A stretch of DNA of 64,000 bases from positions 152,022-216,021 of the forward strand of contig CAVRAO010000012.1 of assembly GCA_963719035.1 (NCBI GenBank). The letters run 5' to 3'. Shown piece after piece: positions 8,026 through 17,102 of this stretch (position 1 is the first letter of the stretch; every line of letters begins with the position of its first letter). Below the pieces are notes generated by a model. The model ran no database searches. It saw only the letters and a program-made list of their open reading frames with translations, and was not told the origin of the DNA. This DNA comes from Methanobacteriota archaeon (lineage in GTDB: Archaea; Halobacteriota; Bog-38; Methanoflorentales; Methanoflorentaceae). The translations under genes were made by a program, and so were the position numbers.

Positions 8026-8211
8026 GTGTTGGGCTCCATCGTCGGCATTATGTCAGATCTTCTTACAGTATTCTCCATTATCGTAATCTCGCTTGTGACA
8101 ATCTCCGTTGTTATATATTTGCTGCCATTAATTGTGCTTGCCGCACTTGTGCTGCTTGCATTATGGAGTGCGAGCTTGCGAAACCGCCCACGAAGCTCTC
8201 TCGTCCATTAG
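8026..8211 (+). CDS. Possible small two-TM membrane protein
   Basis: 61-aa hydrophobic ORF (GTG start; an internal ATG would give 53 aa). No RBS seen. Confidence 0.2.
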   Translation: MLGSIVGIMSDLLTVFSIIVISLVTISVVIYLLPLIVLAALVLLALWSASLRNRPRSSLVH

Positions 8212-8902
8212 TCTGACACTTGTCCCTCTTTGTCGGTCGCATTCTCCGTTTATTTATATTGTTGGCGACCGTTTCTGGCAAATGCTTTAGTGACTTTCCC
8301 AACTAAAGGTCGTTCAAAAAGCGTAGAAGAAGATAGGAATGTCAGGGGCACCAACAACGGAAGTGTTGGCGGTCCTCGTCTGGGAGTGTTACGATATGAA
8401 TTGTAGCACTTCTCAATGTGGCAGAACAGGTATAGAGACTGTGTATTCTCTATGCAGTGACTATTTTAAACATAACGCTAACATAGACGCGGTCGTGTCA
8501 AAAGAACCGCTCGGAAAAGGTCGGGAGAACGGAAGCGGGTTTAAATCAAACTGTGCTCTGCCGTTCTCCTCTACAATCATGACTAATGGTGTGTTTCTGA
8601 AGCGATCGTCCACTTCCTTCATCTCCACGGTGAGCGCGTGTAGGCATATCGACTACCTCCGTCTTAGTGCCTGACCATTATTCACCGCGCTCACCACGGA
8701 AAACCGTTTTTCAATGCCGCTGCACGGCACCTTCAGTAACCGAAAAAACCATCTTTAAAATAGATAGTAATTAAATTCGAATATGTAGCGCTTGCAGAAG
8801 TTAATTCTTGTTGACTGCAGCTGCGCGCTCACGTGTCCAAGCGTCGCATCAAAGGCAAAAAAAGAGAAGACGATAGGACTTAGGATATAGAAGCAGAAGC
8901 AA

Positions 8903-10171
8903 GTGGACTACAACAAAAGCTTTGCAGAACAAATGTCTCAAGAAACTCCTCAATCCCAACGACATAAATCGCCTAAGCCCACGGCTGCGGCAACATTGGA
9001 CGATGCGGGCACAATGGCGGACGACTACAGTTACATTCCCGCTCTTAATGACGCCATTGTAGGCTATTTCAAGGATGCCGCGCGCATCACCCTAAGGGAA
9101 CCAGCGAAAGCCCTCTTCTTTCTCCGCACTATCTTGTGGCAGAGGAAAGCGGCGCGCGTGCGGCGGAAATGGCAGAAAAGTGGCCTGCACGTGCCCGCCC
9201 TCCTTATCGTAAGCGTCACGAGCAAGTGCAACCTTCGCTGCAAAGGATGTTACGCCTTTGCGCATGAAAAGGGCAAATCAAAAGCACCGGAGTTGAGTGA
9301 CGCTCGCCTTCGCACTCTTGTCGCTGAAGCAAATGAACTTGGCATCTCGGCAATTCTGTTCGCGGGCGGAGAACCGCTGATCCGTAAGGATCTCTTGATC
9401 ATTACCAGAGATTTCCCTTCCGTTATATTCCCAATAGTTACGAACGGAACACTCATCGATGAGGGCACGCTTGACCACTTTCAAAACCAGAGAAACGTGA
9501 TCCCCGTTATTAGTGTTGAGGGCGACGAACGCGACACCGATGAGCGTCGAGGTGTCGGGATGCATAAGCGCCTGCAGAGCGCAATGGAACGGATGCGTGC
9601 TAAACGAATCTTTTTTGGCTGCTCTTTGACGATAACGCAGTCTAACTTCGCGACAATCACAGATGAACGCTTCATTAAGAGCCTCACCCAGGCAGGGGCT
9701 AAGCTTATCCTCTTCCTAGAGTATGTTTCAGTGGAGGCAGGGACTGAAGATTGGATCTTGACTGATGAGCAGCGGAGCGCGCTCGCGCACAAAACAGAGC
9801 GATTTCGGACTCAATTTCCTGCAATCTTCATTGCAATTCCCGGAGACGAGGACCTGTTTGGCGGGTGTCTTGCTGCGGGGCGAGGATTCGTTCACGTGAG
9901 CCCTGAAGGAGATCTTGAGCCGTGCCCGGTTTCGCCCTACTCCGATACAAATGTGCGACAGCTCTCTCTTAAAGAGGCGCTGCAATCTAGACTTCTGCAG
10001 GCAATTCGCCAGCGTCAAGAGACACTTAGCGAGATGGAGGGCGGCTGTGCCCTCTGGACAGAGCGCGAGTGGGTGCGTTCTTTGCTCCCCCCCGAAGAAA
10101 GTATACCTGTTCCAGTTCGTCACATCGGTTCGGAATACCAACAGGGAGCCGGCCGTGCGGAATCGTCTTGA
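8903..10171 (+). CDS. Radical SAM protein with a SPASM/twitch-like C-terminal Cys motif
   Basis: CNLRCKGCY (CxxxCxxC) at about residue 109, then GGEPL, then C-terminal GGCLAAGRGFVHVSPEGDLEPCP. It has a roughly 100-aa N-terminal extension. The start is uncertain (GTG at 8903, with in-frame ATGs downstream). Confidence 0.8.
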   Translation: MDYNKSFAEQMSQETPQSQRHKSPKPTAAATLDDAGTMADDYSYIPALNDAIVGYFKDAARITLREPAKALFFLRTILWQRKAARVRRKWQKSGLHVPALLIVSVTSKCNLRCKGCYAFAHEKGKSKAPELSDARLRTLVAEANELGISAILFAGGEPLIRKDLLIITRDFPSVIFPIVTNGTLIDEGTLDHFQNQRNVIPVISVEGDERDTDERRGVGMHKRLQSAMERMRAKRIFFGCSLTITQSNFATITDERFIKSLTQAGAKLILFLEYVSVEAGTEDWILTDEQRSALAHKTERFRTQFPAIFIAIPGDEDLFGGCLAAGRGFVHVSPEGDLEPCPVSPYSDTNVRQLSLKEALQSRLLQAIRQRQETLSEMEGGCALWTEREWVRSLLPPEESIPVPVRHIGSEYQQGAGRAESS

Positions 10172-10383
10172 ACTGAAGAAAATGCGCTTAGATAGCGGCA
10201 AAAAGTTGACTATCTTGTTTCTTCCAGTTTTTTACTAAGTCGACACCTAACTTGTTGTTTTAGCGCCAGTAGTGCGGGTGCCAGCACGTTTAAGCAGTTC
10301 CCGCACTCAGCTGGGAGTCCTCGTTGCGGCTATTGAGTCTATATAGATAACATATTAATGCTGGATACTAGAGGGTATAAAAC

Positions 10384-11124
10384 GTGACAGATCAGCGTAA
10401 AGAACCCGTAGAAGTGTGCCCCGGCGTCTTCCAGATCCCGGCGCAGCGGCCATCGTGCCACGTGTACCTCATCGTTGGGACATATAAGACCGTCATGATC
10501 GATTCAGGAATCGATTCGAGCTTTGGTGATTTGAGGAACGCGTTGAGCGACATTGGATTCACGCCTGCCGATGTCGATTTGGTCGTTAACACGCACGAAC
10601 ACTTTGATCACATCGGCGGCAACAAGTACTTCTACCGCACGGCCATTATCGCGGCCGGACGACTCGCTGCCGCAAAAATAACCGAAAAAGACGCATATGT
10701 CACTATGTACTCGTCTTTTTCGGCCGATTATCGGTATACGAAACCGCATGTGTGGTTTGAGAGCGGAGCGTTTATCGACTTAGAAAACGCGAAACTCGAA
10801 GTAATCTATACTCCCGGTCATACATCAGGCTGCATATGCATCTATGAGGAGTATAACAAACTGCTATTCTCGGGAGATACCGTTTTTGCACACGGGAGCC
10901 TATCGGCGATAGCACCTTCGGGAAGTGCTGGTGACTACGTGCACTCCATGGACGTGCTCAATACGAAAAAGATTCAGCGACTCTTTCCCGGCCACGGATC
11001 GCTCTCGCAGACGCCCTCCGAAGACATAGAACTCGCATCGAAAAACGCCAGGACAAGACTGCAGGAGGTGAAAACCGACGATACGTGGTCTGAATCCACG
11101 CCTTTAGATGAAATAGGTCAATGA
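10384..11124 (+). CDS. MBL-fold metallo-hydrolase
   Basis: THEHFDHIGG (HxHxDH motif) and later TPGHTSG. GTG start preceded by GAGGGT. Confidence 0.85.
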   Translation: MTDQRKEPVEVCPGVFQIPAQRPSCHVYLIVGTYKTVMIDSGIDSSFGDLRNALSDIGFTPADVDLVVNTHEHFDHIGGNKYFYRTAIIAAGRLAAAKITEKDAYVTMYSSFSADYRYTKPHVWFESGAFIDLENAKLEVIYTPGHTSGCICIYEEYNKLLFSGDTVFAHGSLSAIAPSGSAGDYVHSMDVLNTKKIQRLFPGHGSLSQTPSEDIELASKNARTRLQEVKTDDTWSESTPLDEIGQ

Positions 11125-11380
11125 ACAGAAGCTATTGTAGTAGGCCCGACTATCTCGGAAGCCCAGCGTTGCCGAGCACTATTATGAGCTCATCGACTTC
11201 GACGACGTTCATAGTATTTTGAAACGGCGGAGGTATCTGGAATTACGATTGACGAAGTGTGCCGCGGAAGCAGTCTTAGGCGAGTATCCAAGCGGCCGGT
11301 AGGACAGAATCGCAGCGATTTTATTAAAGAACGCGCTATAAATTACAGCTTGTCAAACTCACATAAGCAAAGGAGGAATT

Positions 11381-11926
11381 ATGGACGAAAAAATGAAGAA
11401 GTTCATTCCACTTTTTGTCCTGATAGGACTGGCTATAGTAGCTTTCGCAATTTACATAATAGTAAACCACGTTGGGATGCCGACCCGAGATCTTTCAGGG
11501 GCACCAGCGAACTTTTGGTGGGGTCTTTGGCAAGGTCTTATTGTTTTCTTATCATTCATAGCCAGTTGGTTTGACAACAATATCGTGCTCTACCAGGTCA
11601 ACAATAATGGATTTTGGTACAACCTCGGATACGTTATTGGCATTATTGTCCTTGGGGCTGGGGGCGGAGGCAGCGCAAGAGCTTCTAGGACAACAGAAAA
11701 ACCCAAGATGCAGGGTCATGAAGCACCACCACCCCCGCTGTTGCTTTTTGCCGGCATCGCTATCGCATTTGCATGGCTGCTGTTCGTGGGACTCTGGTTG
11801 TTTTTCTATGCCAGCGATTTTAGTATCTGGGAAAACATCGGGATAGGCATCATCTCTGTTGCAGTTGTAGCGATATTAGAGACCGCAATCTGGGTTCCGT
11901 GGGGACTGAAACACAGTAGCAAGTAA
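11381..11926 (+). CDS. Hypothetical integral membrane protein
   Basis: AAGGAGG lies 6 nt upstream of the ATG. 181 aa with about 5 hydrophobic helices and a Gly/Pro-rich linker. Confidence 0.6.
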   Translation: MDEKMKKFIPLFVLIGLAIVAFAIYIIVNHVGMPTRDLSGAPANFWWGLWQGLIVFLSFIASWFDNNIVLYQVNNNGFWYNLGYVIGIIVLGAGGGGSARASRTTEKPKMQGHEAPPPPLLLFAGIAIAFAWLLFVGLWLFFYASDFSIWENIGIGIISVAVVAILETAIWVPWGLKHSSK

Positions 11927-12264
11927 AGAGCTCGCGATGAGGGCTGCGCTTTGTCAGCCCATAAGCAGCAGATTAGATTAGATGGTATGACGTTGACGGT
12001 TTTTTCTATGTTGCTTTAGCGTATTCAACTTTTTTTGAAAACCCCCCAGTGAGACCGATCTAAAAACCATGAACAAGGACGATTCGCAATATGTCTACAG
12101 TCAGACTAATTTGCGTATGATCGTCTCAGACGCAGAGGTTCTCATTATGCCAACTGAGCGCCATCTCCCGTTCATATGTGCGCTCGTTAAAATGCAGCGA
12201 CTGCGGTTTAAAGGATAAGACTCATTTATATGAATAAGTAAGCAGTATTCCCACTAGAAGCAGC

Positions 12265-12732
12265 ATGCTCGATACACTTTCTGATGATATAGAACTAATC
12301 GCTCCGTGTGGTATGAACTGTGCGGTGTGCAGCAGATACCTTGCGCGTAAATATGACGTCAACCGGAAAGGGCTCAATATGCCTTATTGCGCGGGATGTC
12401 GCCCTCAAGGTAAGATATGTGCGTTTCAGAAACGCTGCGATCTCCTTCGGAAGAATAAAGTTCGTTTTTGTTATGAATGCAGCAGTTTCCCGTGCGGCAA
12501 CGTTGAGCCGCTTGACGCACGCTATCAACAGCATTACCACACGAGTTTCATCGAAAATCTCGCCTTTATCAAGGAGCATTCGCTTGCGGCTTTTATGGAG
12601 CGTGAGGATGCGAAGTGGCGGTGTGAGCAGTGTGGGGCAATGCTGTGCTGCCATAATGGAATCTGTTACAATTGCAGCGCTGATCGCTTACAAACGAGAA
12701 AGAAGTTGTACAGGTGGGACGACGAACAATGA
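12265..12732 (+). CDS. Cys-rich DUF3795-like protein
   Basis: 155 aa. CGMNCAVCSRY near the N-terminus plus multiple further CxxC pairs. The family assignment is from memory. Confidence 0.65.
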   Translation: MLDTLSDDIELIAPCGMNCAVCSRYLARKYDVNRKGLNMPYCAGCRPQGKICAFQKRCDLLRKNKVRFCYECSSFPCGNVEPLDARYQQHYHTSFIENLAFIKEHSLAAFMEREDAKWRCEQCGAMLCCHNGICYNCSADRLQTRKKLYRWDDEQ

Positions 12733-13043
12733 AGTTGACTCCAGCACAAGTTGACCGATGAAGCGAGGGAGCTGTCATAATTTGTTATAGCGAGCCTGCC
12801 GGACGTTCGCACATTGAGATACGATTAACACAAACGAGATGTGTTAAGGGCGTGTTTTTGCTTGGCCATGGGTTTATCGTAATTAACGAAGCACAAATCA
12901 TAACATTTTGTATTAGCTCTCACTTGTCAGAATATGATCTGTTGAGGCGGGGAAGCGAGTTATTTAAACCTACAAACAGACCCGCTTCAAAAAAACGATA
13001 GCGGTGTCATATCCCCGTTCGGCACTATTAACGCACACAGAGT

Positions 13044-13436
13044 TCAGTCTCGGCTCATATAACGATCCCATTCTATCTCATATTCGCGTGGTGCAGGCTC
13101 TTCTTTATGCTCCCGTTCAGCTTGTCGACCTAGCTCTTGATATCGCCTCAATTCCATTCCCAAAAAATATCGATTTGCGTCCTCAACTAAGCCAGCAACC
13201 GCATTCCAACAAGCACCGTACTTTCTTATTGCCGCCGCATCTTTTTGGCATTTATAGCAGGCTATTTTGCCAATAATATTTACATTCGCCTTCGCAGGGG
13301 CTTTTTTTTCGAAGTAACTCTTCCATTCGTCGGGTGGTGTGTTAGATAAAATATAAGGGACCATGACTTCATTCTCCGAGTGCTCCTTGATGTGACCATG
13401 ATCAACCTCTAGAATAGTAATCTCTTTAAATCCCAT
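13044..13436 (-). CDS. Hypothetical protein
   Basis: 130-aa ORF with a plausible composition. No motif recognised. Confidence 0.45.
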   Translation of the reverse strand: MGFKEITILEVDHGHIKEHSENEVMVPYILSNTPPDEWKSYFEKKAPAKANVNIIGKIACYKCQKDAAAIRKYGACWNAVAGLVEDANRYFLGMELRRYQELGRQAEREHKEEPAPREYEIEWDRYMSRD

Positions 13437-13781
13437 CTGGCTACCTCACGCGAATCATTCAAGCGACCAAACTAATATCTTCCTCCAAGCGAGCTGCTCT
13501 AAAAAAGTGAGCAAAAGAATTCCAGGCATAGTCATTGTATGGGCACTTGCGAACAGCTTAAAAGTTGCTGTTCGTCCTCAGATCCTGTTTGTGTCCGCAA
13601 CATAGGGGACTAAAGATAAAAAAACCTCACAAGGCCGGTCTTAAGTAAGATATTTTTAAAAAGTGACTAAACGGCCCGACTACGCAAAGAGCAATTAGTT
13701 ATTCGATTCAAATGTTTAGTGCGTTAGCTGATGCCCCTAGCCTATAGAATGCCAAGGCGACAAAAAGACGCTATTTCCTCT

Positions 13782-13799
13782 CTATATAGCCCTATATAG
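13782..13799 (+). promoter_or_regulatory. Two tandem copies of the palindromic octamer CTATATAG (TATA-like)
   Basis: Copies at 13782-13789 and 13792-13799. The ATG of the mini-gene lies 56 nt after the second copy. The pstS promoter at 18137-18153 has the same arrangement. Confidence 0.35.
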
Positions 13800-13854
13800 A
13801 TTAAGAAGGATGCGTTGACATCGCTGCTCAGCTTTTATTAGTTAGAGGTGAGAA

Positions 13855-14013
13855 ATGAAGATGTTAGAAGAAAAACGGGAGAAACCGCTTAGATCGTTTA
13901 TCCTGCCGAATGAATCGTTCAAGTGGGATAGAGTCCTTGAGGAGTACGCCGAAGAGAACTCTCGTCAAGAACCTACTGACGAACGGCAGGATGCTGAGCA
14001 ACAACGCTTATAA
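13855..14013 (+). CDS. Small hypothetical protein (52 aa) with an FILPNES-x-x-WD motif, paralog of 15123-15353
   Basis: Below the ORF-track cutoff. GAGGTG lies 5 nt upstream of the ATG. Sequence: MKMLEEKREKPLRSFILPNESFKWDRVLEEYAEENSRQEPTDERQDAEQQRL. Confidence 0.5.
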   Translation: MKMLEEKREKPLRSFILPNESFKWDRVLEEYAEENSRQEPTDERQDAEQQRL

Positions 14014-15122
14014 GCCATCCTTTTCCGTCTTAGATTTATGAAGCGGAAACCGTAGCGCTTTATTTGATAATTGCGATTGCACTTTTAGTTTCTTTCTGAT
14101 GCTTATAGCAACATAAAGCCAACACAAGGTATCTCTAAGCACAACCTAGGAGCGAGGGGCCAATTTCTGTTCCTGTTCTCTCGGAGAGCTCGGAAAGAAT
14201 GCATCCATTAACAGCGGAGGCTTGCTAAGACTACAATAAAATAAGTGTAGATACTGCATATTGTATATGTAGTACAGATTTTGAAAATATCCAAAATGTA
14301 AATTTTGTCGTGTCAGAAGAACCCACTTCTTGTCAGAAGAACGCACTGAAAGATTGAAAATATGTCGCTGGAGCGACTATCAAATTCTCCACATGTGATG
14401 AGCGCATCGACATATCGACTTCCTGGCGACGTTTGTAAATATCTCTCTCTGCGCGATTACTGAGAAATCGTTTTTCGGTTTTTTAACACTTCTTGCTGCT
14501 CCGTGCGATTGTATGACGTTTAACTAAGGAGAGGAAATGGGGCTTAGGAGAACACAGAGAGAACTTATATCGACGAACGATTCCGCTCGCGTCGGCGGTG
14601 ATTCGTGGTGAACATAGAACAGGTGGAGAAATTTATAACTGCTTTACCACCCGGACGGGGAATGCGAAAAAGGGCGTCGGAGAGTGAAAGACAACGCGTG
14701 CATTTATTGTCTTGAACGCGCTCTGGAAGATATTCGCTTCGCTTTATGCTCTGACGCTCCTTAGCGACTTCCTTCAAATCATTATTTTTCTGTTTGCTCA
14801 CTCTGTTCAACGAATCGAAACAATGATGGAGACCAATAGACCACATTGTAACCTGAGGCGATTACGACCTGATGAAGGGCTGGGTGCTTAGCTACCACGA
14901 ACTGATCTGCGTTAAGTACGCGGTGAAGAAACTGTTGACAAGAGTAGCTCAAGATGTAATTCGATTGACCACATCTAAGATTAGGTCACAACCTGTATTG
15001 CTGCTGGCGAAAAATGCAAAGAACGCTAGGCGCACTGACAAGGTTAAGAAGAGGATGCCAAGCGACGTGCTTCTCGCCTCTCGTCGTAAAAAAAGCGGCC
15101 AAAAAAGATATCGCTCTGCCGC

Positions 15123-15353
15123 TCAATAGTAGTAGCGGTCTCGATTTTTTCGTTTCTTGTGCGTGACAATATAGTCCTTGTCAAAGCCATCGTCAGCGAG
15201 TTGTTCAGTCCCCACGTTATCGGAATTGACCTCCTGAAGAGAATCCTCAACAACGAACTTCTCGAGGATGAAGTCCCACTGATACGATTCATTCGGCAGG
15301 ATAAACCATTTGAGGAGATTCTCCTGTTTCTCTCCTGCTTTCAAAGTTCCCAT
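15123..15353 (-). CDS. Small hypothetical protein with an FILPNES-x-x-WD motif, paralog of 13855-14013
   Basis: MGTLKAGEKQENLLKWFILPNESYQWDFILEKFVVEDSLQE... About 17 of 34 residues are identical to the other copy over the core. I prefer the internal ATG at 15353; the track ORF starts at a GTG at 15404 that lies inside the CTATATAG box. T-runs follow the stop on the coding strand. Confidence 0.5.
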   Translation of the reverse strand: MGTLKAGEKQENLLKWFILPNESYQWDFILEKFVVEDSLQEVNSDNVGTEQLADDGFDKDYIVTHKKRKNRDRYYY

Positions 15354-15732
15354 CTCCGTAGTTAAGAATGAGAGTGGACCTACGTTAACGCTTACCCCAT
15401 ACACTATATAGTGTTCCGGAGTCTCCTTAAAAAACGCTTAAGCATTCATAACTCGATACATCCTTGTCGCAACTTGGCTTGGTTGTGACTGGCGTCCAAG
15501 GCTTCGGCCTGCCTCGGTCGATGCTTGACAAAAAGACCTTGGTCCGCCATCTTGACCAAAAAACGGTTGGGTGCGCGATCCGGCCGTTTTTCACCCCCTT
15601 TTTTTAGGTCATATTAGCACAGATGCAGCTGCTGTAGAAAGATCATGTGGTATGGTTAAGAGCGGGGGTTACCACATGTCGTGTTAACTCAAATTGCAGT
15701 CCGCACTCTGCATTGAAGGATGTTCTAAGAAG

Positions 15733-16152
15733 ATGAACGCGAAGAAAAAGATCTTGTTCCTTTGCACGCACAACGCAGCGCGGTCGCAGATGGCCGAAGG
15801 GTTCGTCAACGCCTTGTACGGTAATCGATATGAGGCGTACAGTGCCGGCAATGAACCGACTCAGGTGCACCGGTGTGCCATCGAACTGATGGCAGAGGAA
15901 GGCATCGACATCGCATCACAGTGCGCAAAATCACTCAACGAGTTTGACGACATGTACTTTGACTACGTCGTGACCTTATGCGCTGATAACCAAGAGAATT
16001 GCCCGATCTTTCCCGGTGGCGGGACATACCTCCAGCGTGCCTTCCCCGATCCTGTCCCCGCTCGCGCGGAAGAACAGATCTGTGGACGTTTTCGGCGCGT
16101 GCGTGACCAGATCAAGATGTGGCTCAAAGAGACGTTCAGCGAAGGCGAGTAG
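15733..16152 (+). CDS. arsC: Arsenate reductase, low-molecular-weight phosphatase family
   Basis: KKILFLCTHNAARSQMAEG (CX5R P-loop). About 140 aa from the ATG at 15733. Confidence 0.85.
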   Translation: MNAKKKILFLCTHNAARSQMAEGFVNALYGNRYEAYSAGNEPTQVHRCAIELMAEEGIDIASQCAKSLNEFDDMYFDYVVTLCADNQENCPIFPGGGTYLQRAFPDPVPARAEEQICGRFRRVRDQIKMWLKETFSEGE

Positions 16153-16522
16153 GGTAATCGCACTAAGAGCGAGTTACAGAACGTCGGCACCAGCGCTGGG
16201 CATCATGGCACTTAAACGTGGTATCACGAATTGGGTTATCTGTGAGCTTGCTAACAGTCTGATCTTCGCCTGATACAGGCGAAGTAAGAATTTGATTAAA
16301 GAGTGTCCGACCTCTTAAAATTGAGAGTCGTATTTCTCTGCCATAAACTCAACGGAGAGTTATCAGCTATGAGAGAGAGGCGTGCAGCTACTGCCTCAGC
16401 ATGGCTGAACGGCTTGGCGGGTCTTACCTGCGAACTTTAGTAGTCGATTTGAAGAACAGCTTGCCCAGCACCTCGCTGCGTTTGTCTCATCGATTCAGAC
16501 TCAGCCGCTTAGGAGCCATAGT

Positions 16523-16612
16523 ATGCTTCAAGGGACGACAAAATGCGCAGCAATCGGGATCATCGCTGGTCTCACGCCGGGGCACTTGCAGGAGGGGGAA
16601 AGATGGGCATGA
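16523..16612 (+). CDS. Possible 29-aa hydrophobic peptide
   Basis: AGGAG lies 7 nt upstream of the ATG. Sequence: MLQGTTKCAAIGIIAGLTPGHLQEGERWA. Its stop overlaps the next small ORF. Confidence 0.25.
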   Translation: MLQGTTKCAAIGIIAGLTPGHLQEGERWA

Positions 16613-16752
16613 TCTTGAGCGCCATCGGCTCCGCGGTGGGTACGGCGATATTCGGCACGTACTTCTTCACCTACCTCACCTCATCGACCAGCGTCGCCGT
16701 CGGTCTCGTGGTGGGCCTGCTGATGGGACACTATCAGGTTAAAACACCGTAG
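16603..16752 (+). CDS. Possible 49-aa Gly-rich membrane peptide
   Basis: GGAGGGGGAAAG lies immediately upstream of the ATG at 16603. Sequence: MGMILSAIGSAVGTAIFGTYFFTYLTSSTSVAVGLVVGLLMGHYQVKTP. Confidence 0.4.
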   Translation: MGMILSAIGSAVGTAIFGTYFFTYLTSSTSVAVGLVVGLLMGHYQVKTP

Positions 16753-17102
16753 CGCGTGGAAGATGGTGGGGCTAGGCAAGGCTGATCAACTGCAAGACAG
16801 CATTTTGTTGCTTCTTTGTCTTTATTGCACAGAAGCACACGGATGCGTGTAATTGCCCACCCCACTCGTGCTTAAATAAGCTGTTTTTTCGCTGGTGATC
16901 TGGTGGTACTTAAATTCCGAAGGCAGGATCAGCATCTCTTATTTTTCTTATGGTGCTGTCGTATACGGCGCCGAAATCCAATGAGTCCGGTGATAATGAG
17001 GGCAAATGCTAAAACGACTAGCCCGATCAAGTCCCATCCTCCATGTTTCTTAGAACAGTAAATATATATGCTAGGTTGTTTTTATATAATTCCTAGATTT
17101 TT

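Noticed and set aside
8339-8674. 111-aa track ORF in the gene-poor stretch
   Set aside because: It has no RBS, its composition is odd (Cys/Ser-rich), and no motif is present. The minus strand offers an equally weak roughly 57-codon alternative. I cannot support either.
12826-12848. Perfect 8-bp hairpin ttaacaca-N7-tgtgttaa downstream of the DUF3795 gene
   Set aside because: It is an isolated short hairpin about 95 nt past the stop, with no T-run. That is not enough to call a terminator or an RNA element.
14146-15129. Track ORFs 14146..14346 (-), 14565..14846 (-) and 14872..15129 (+), between the two mini-genes
   Set aside because: They have no SD sites, are basic low-complexity or AT-rich-derived sequences, and carry no recognisable domains. 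The 14872 ORF also overlaps the terminator T-runs of the mini-gene at 15123.
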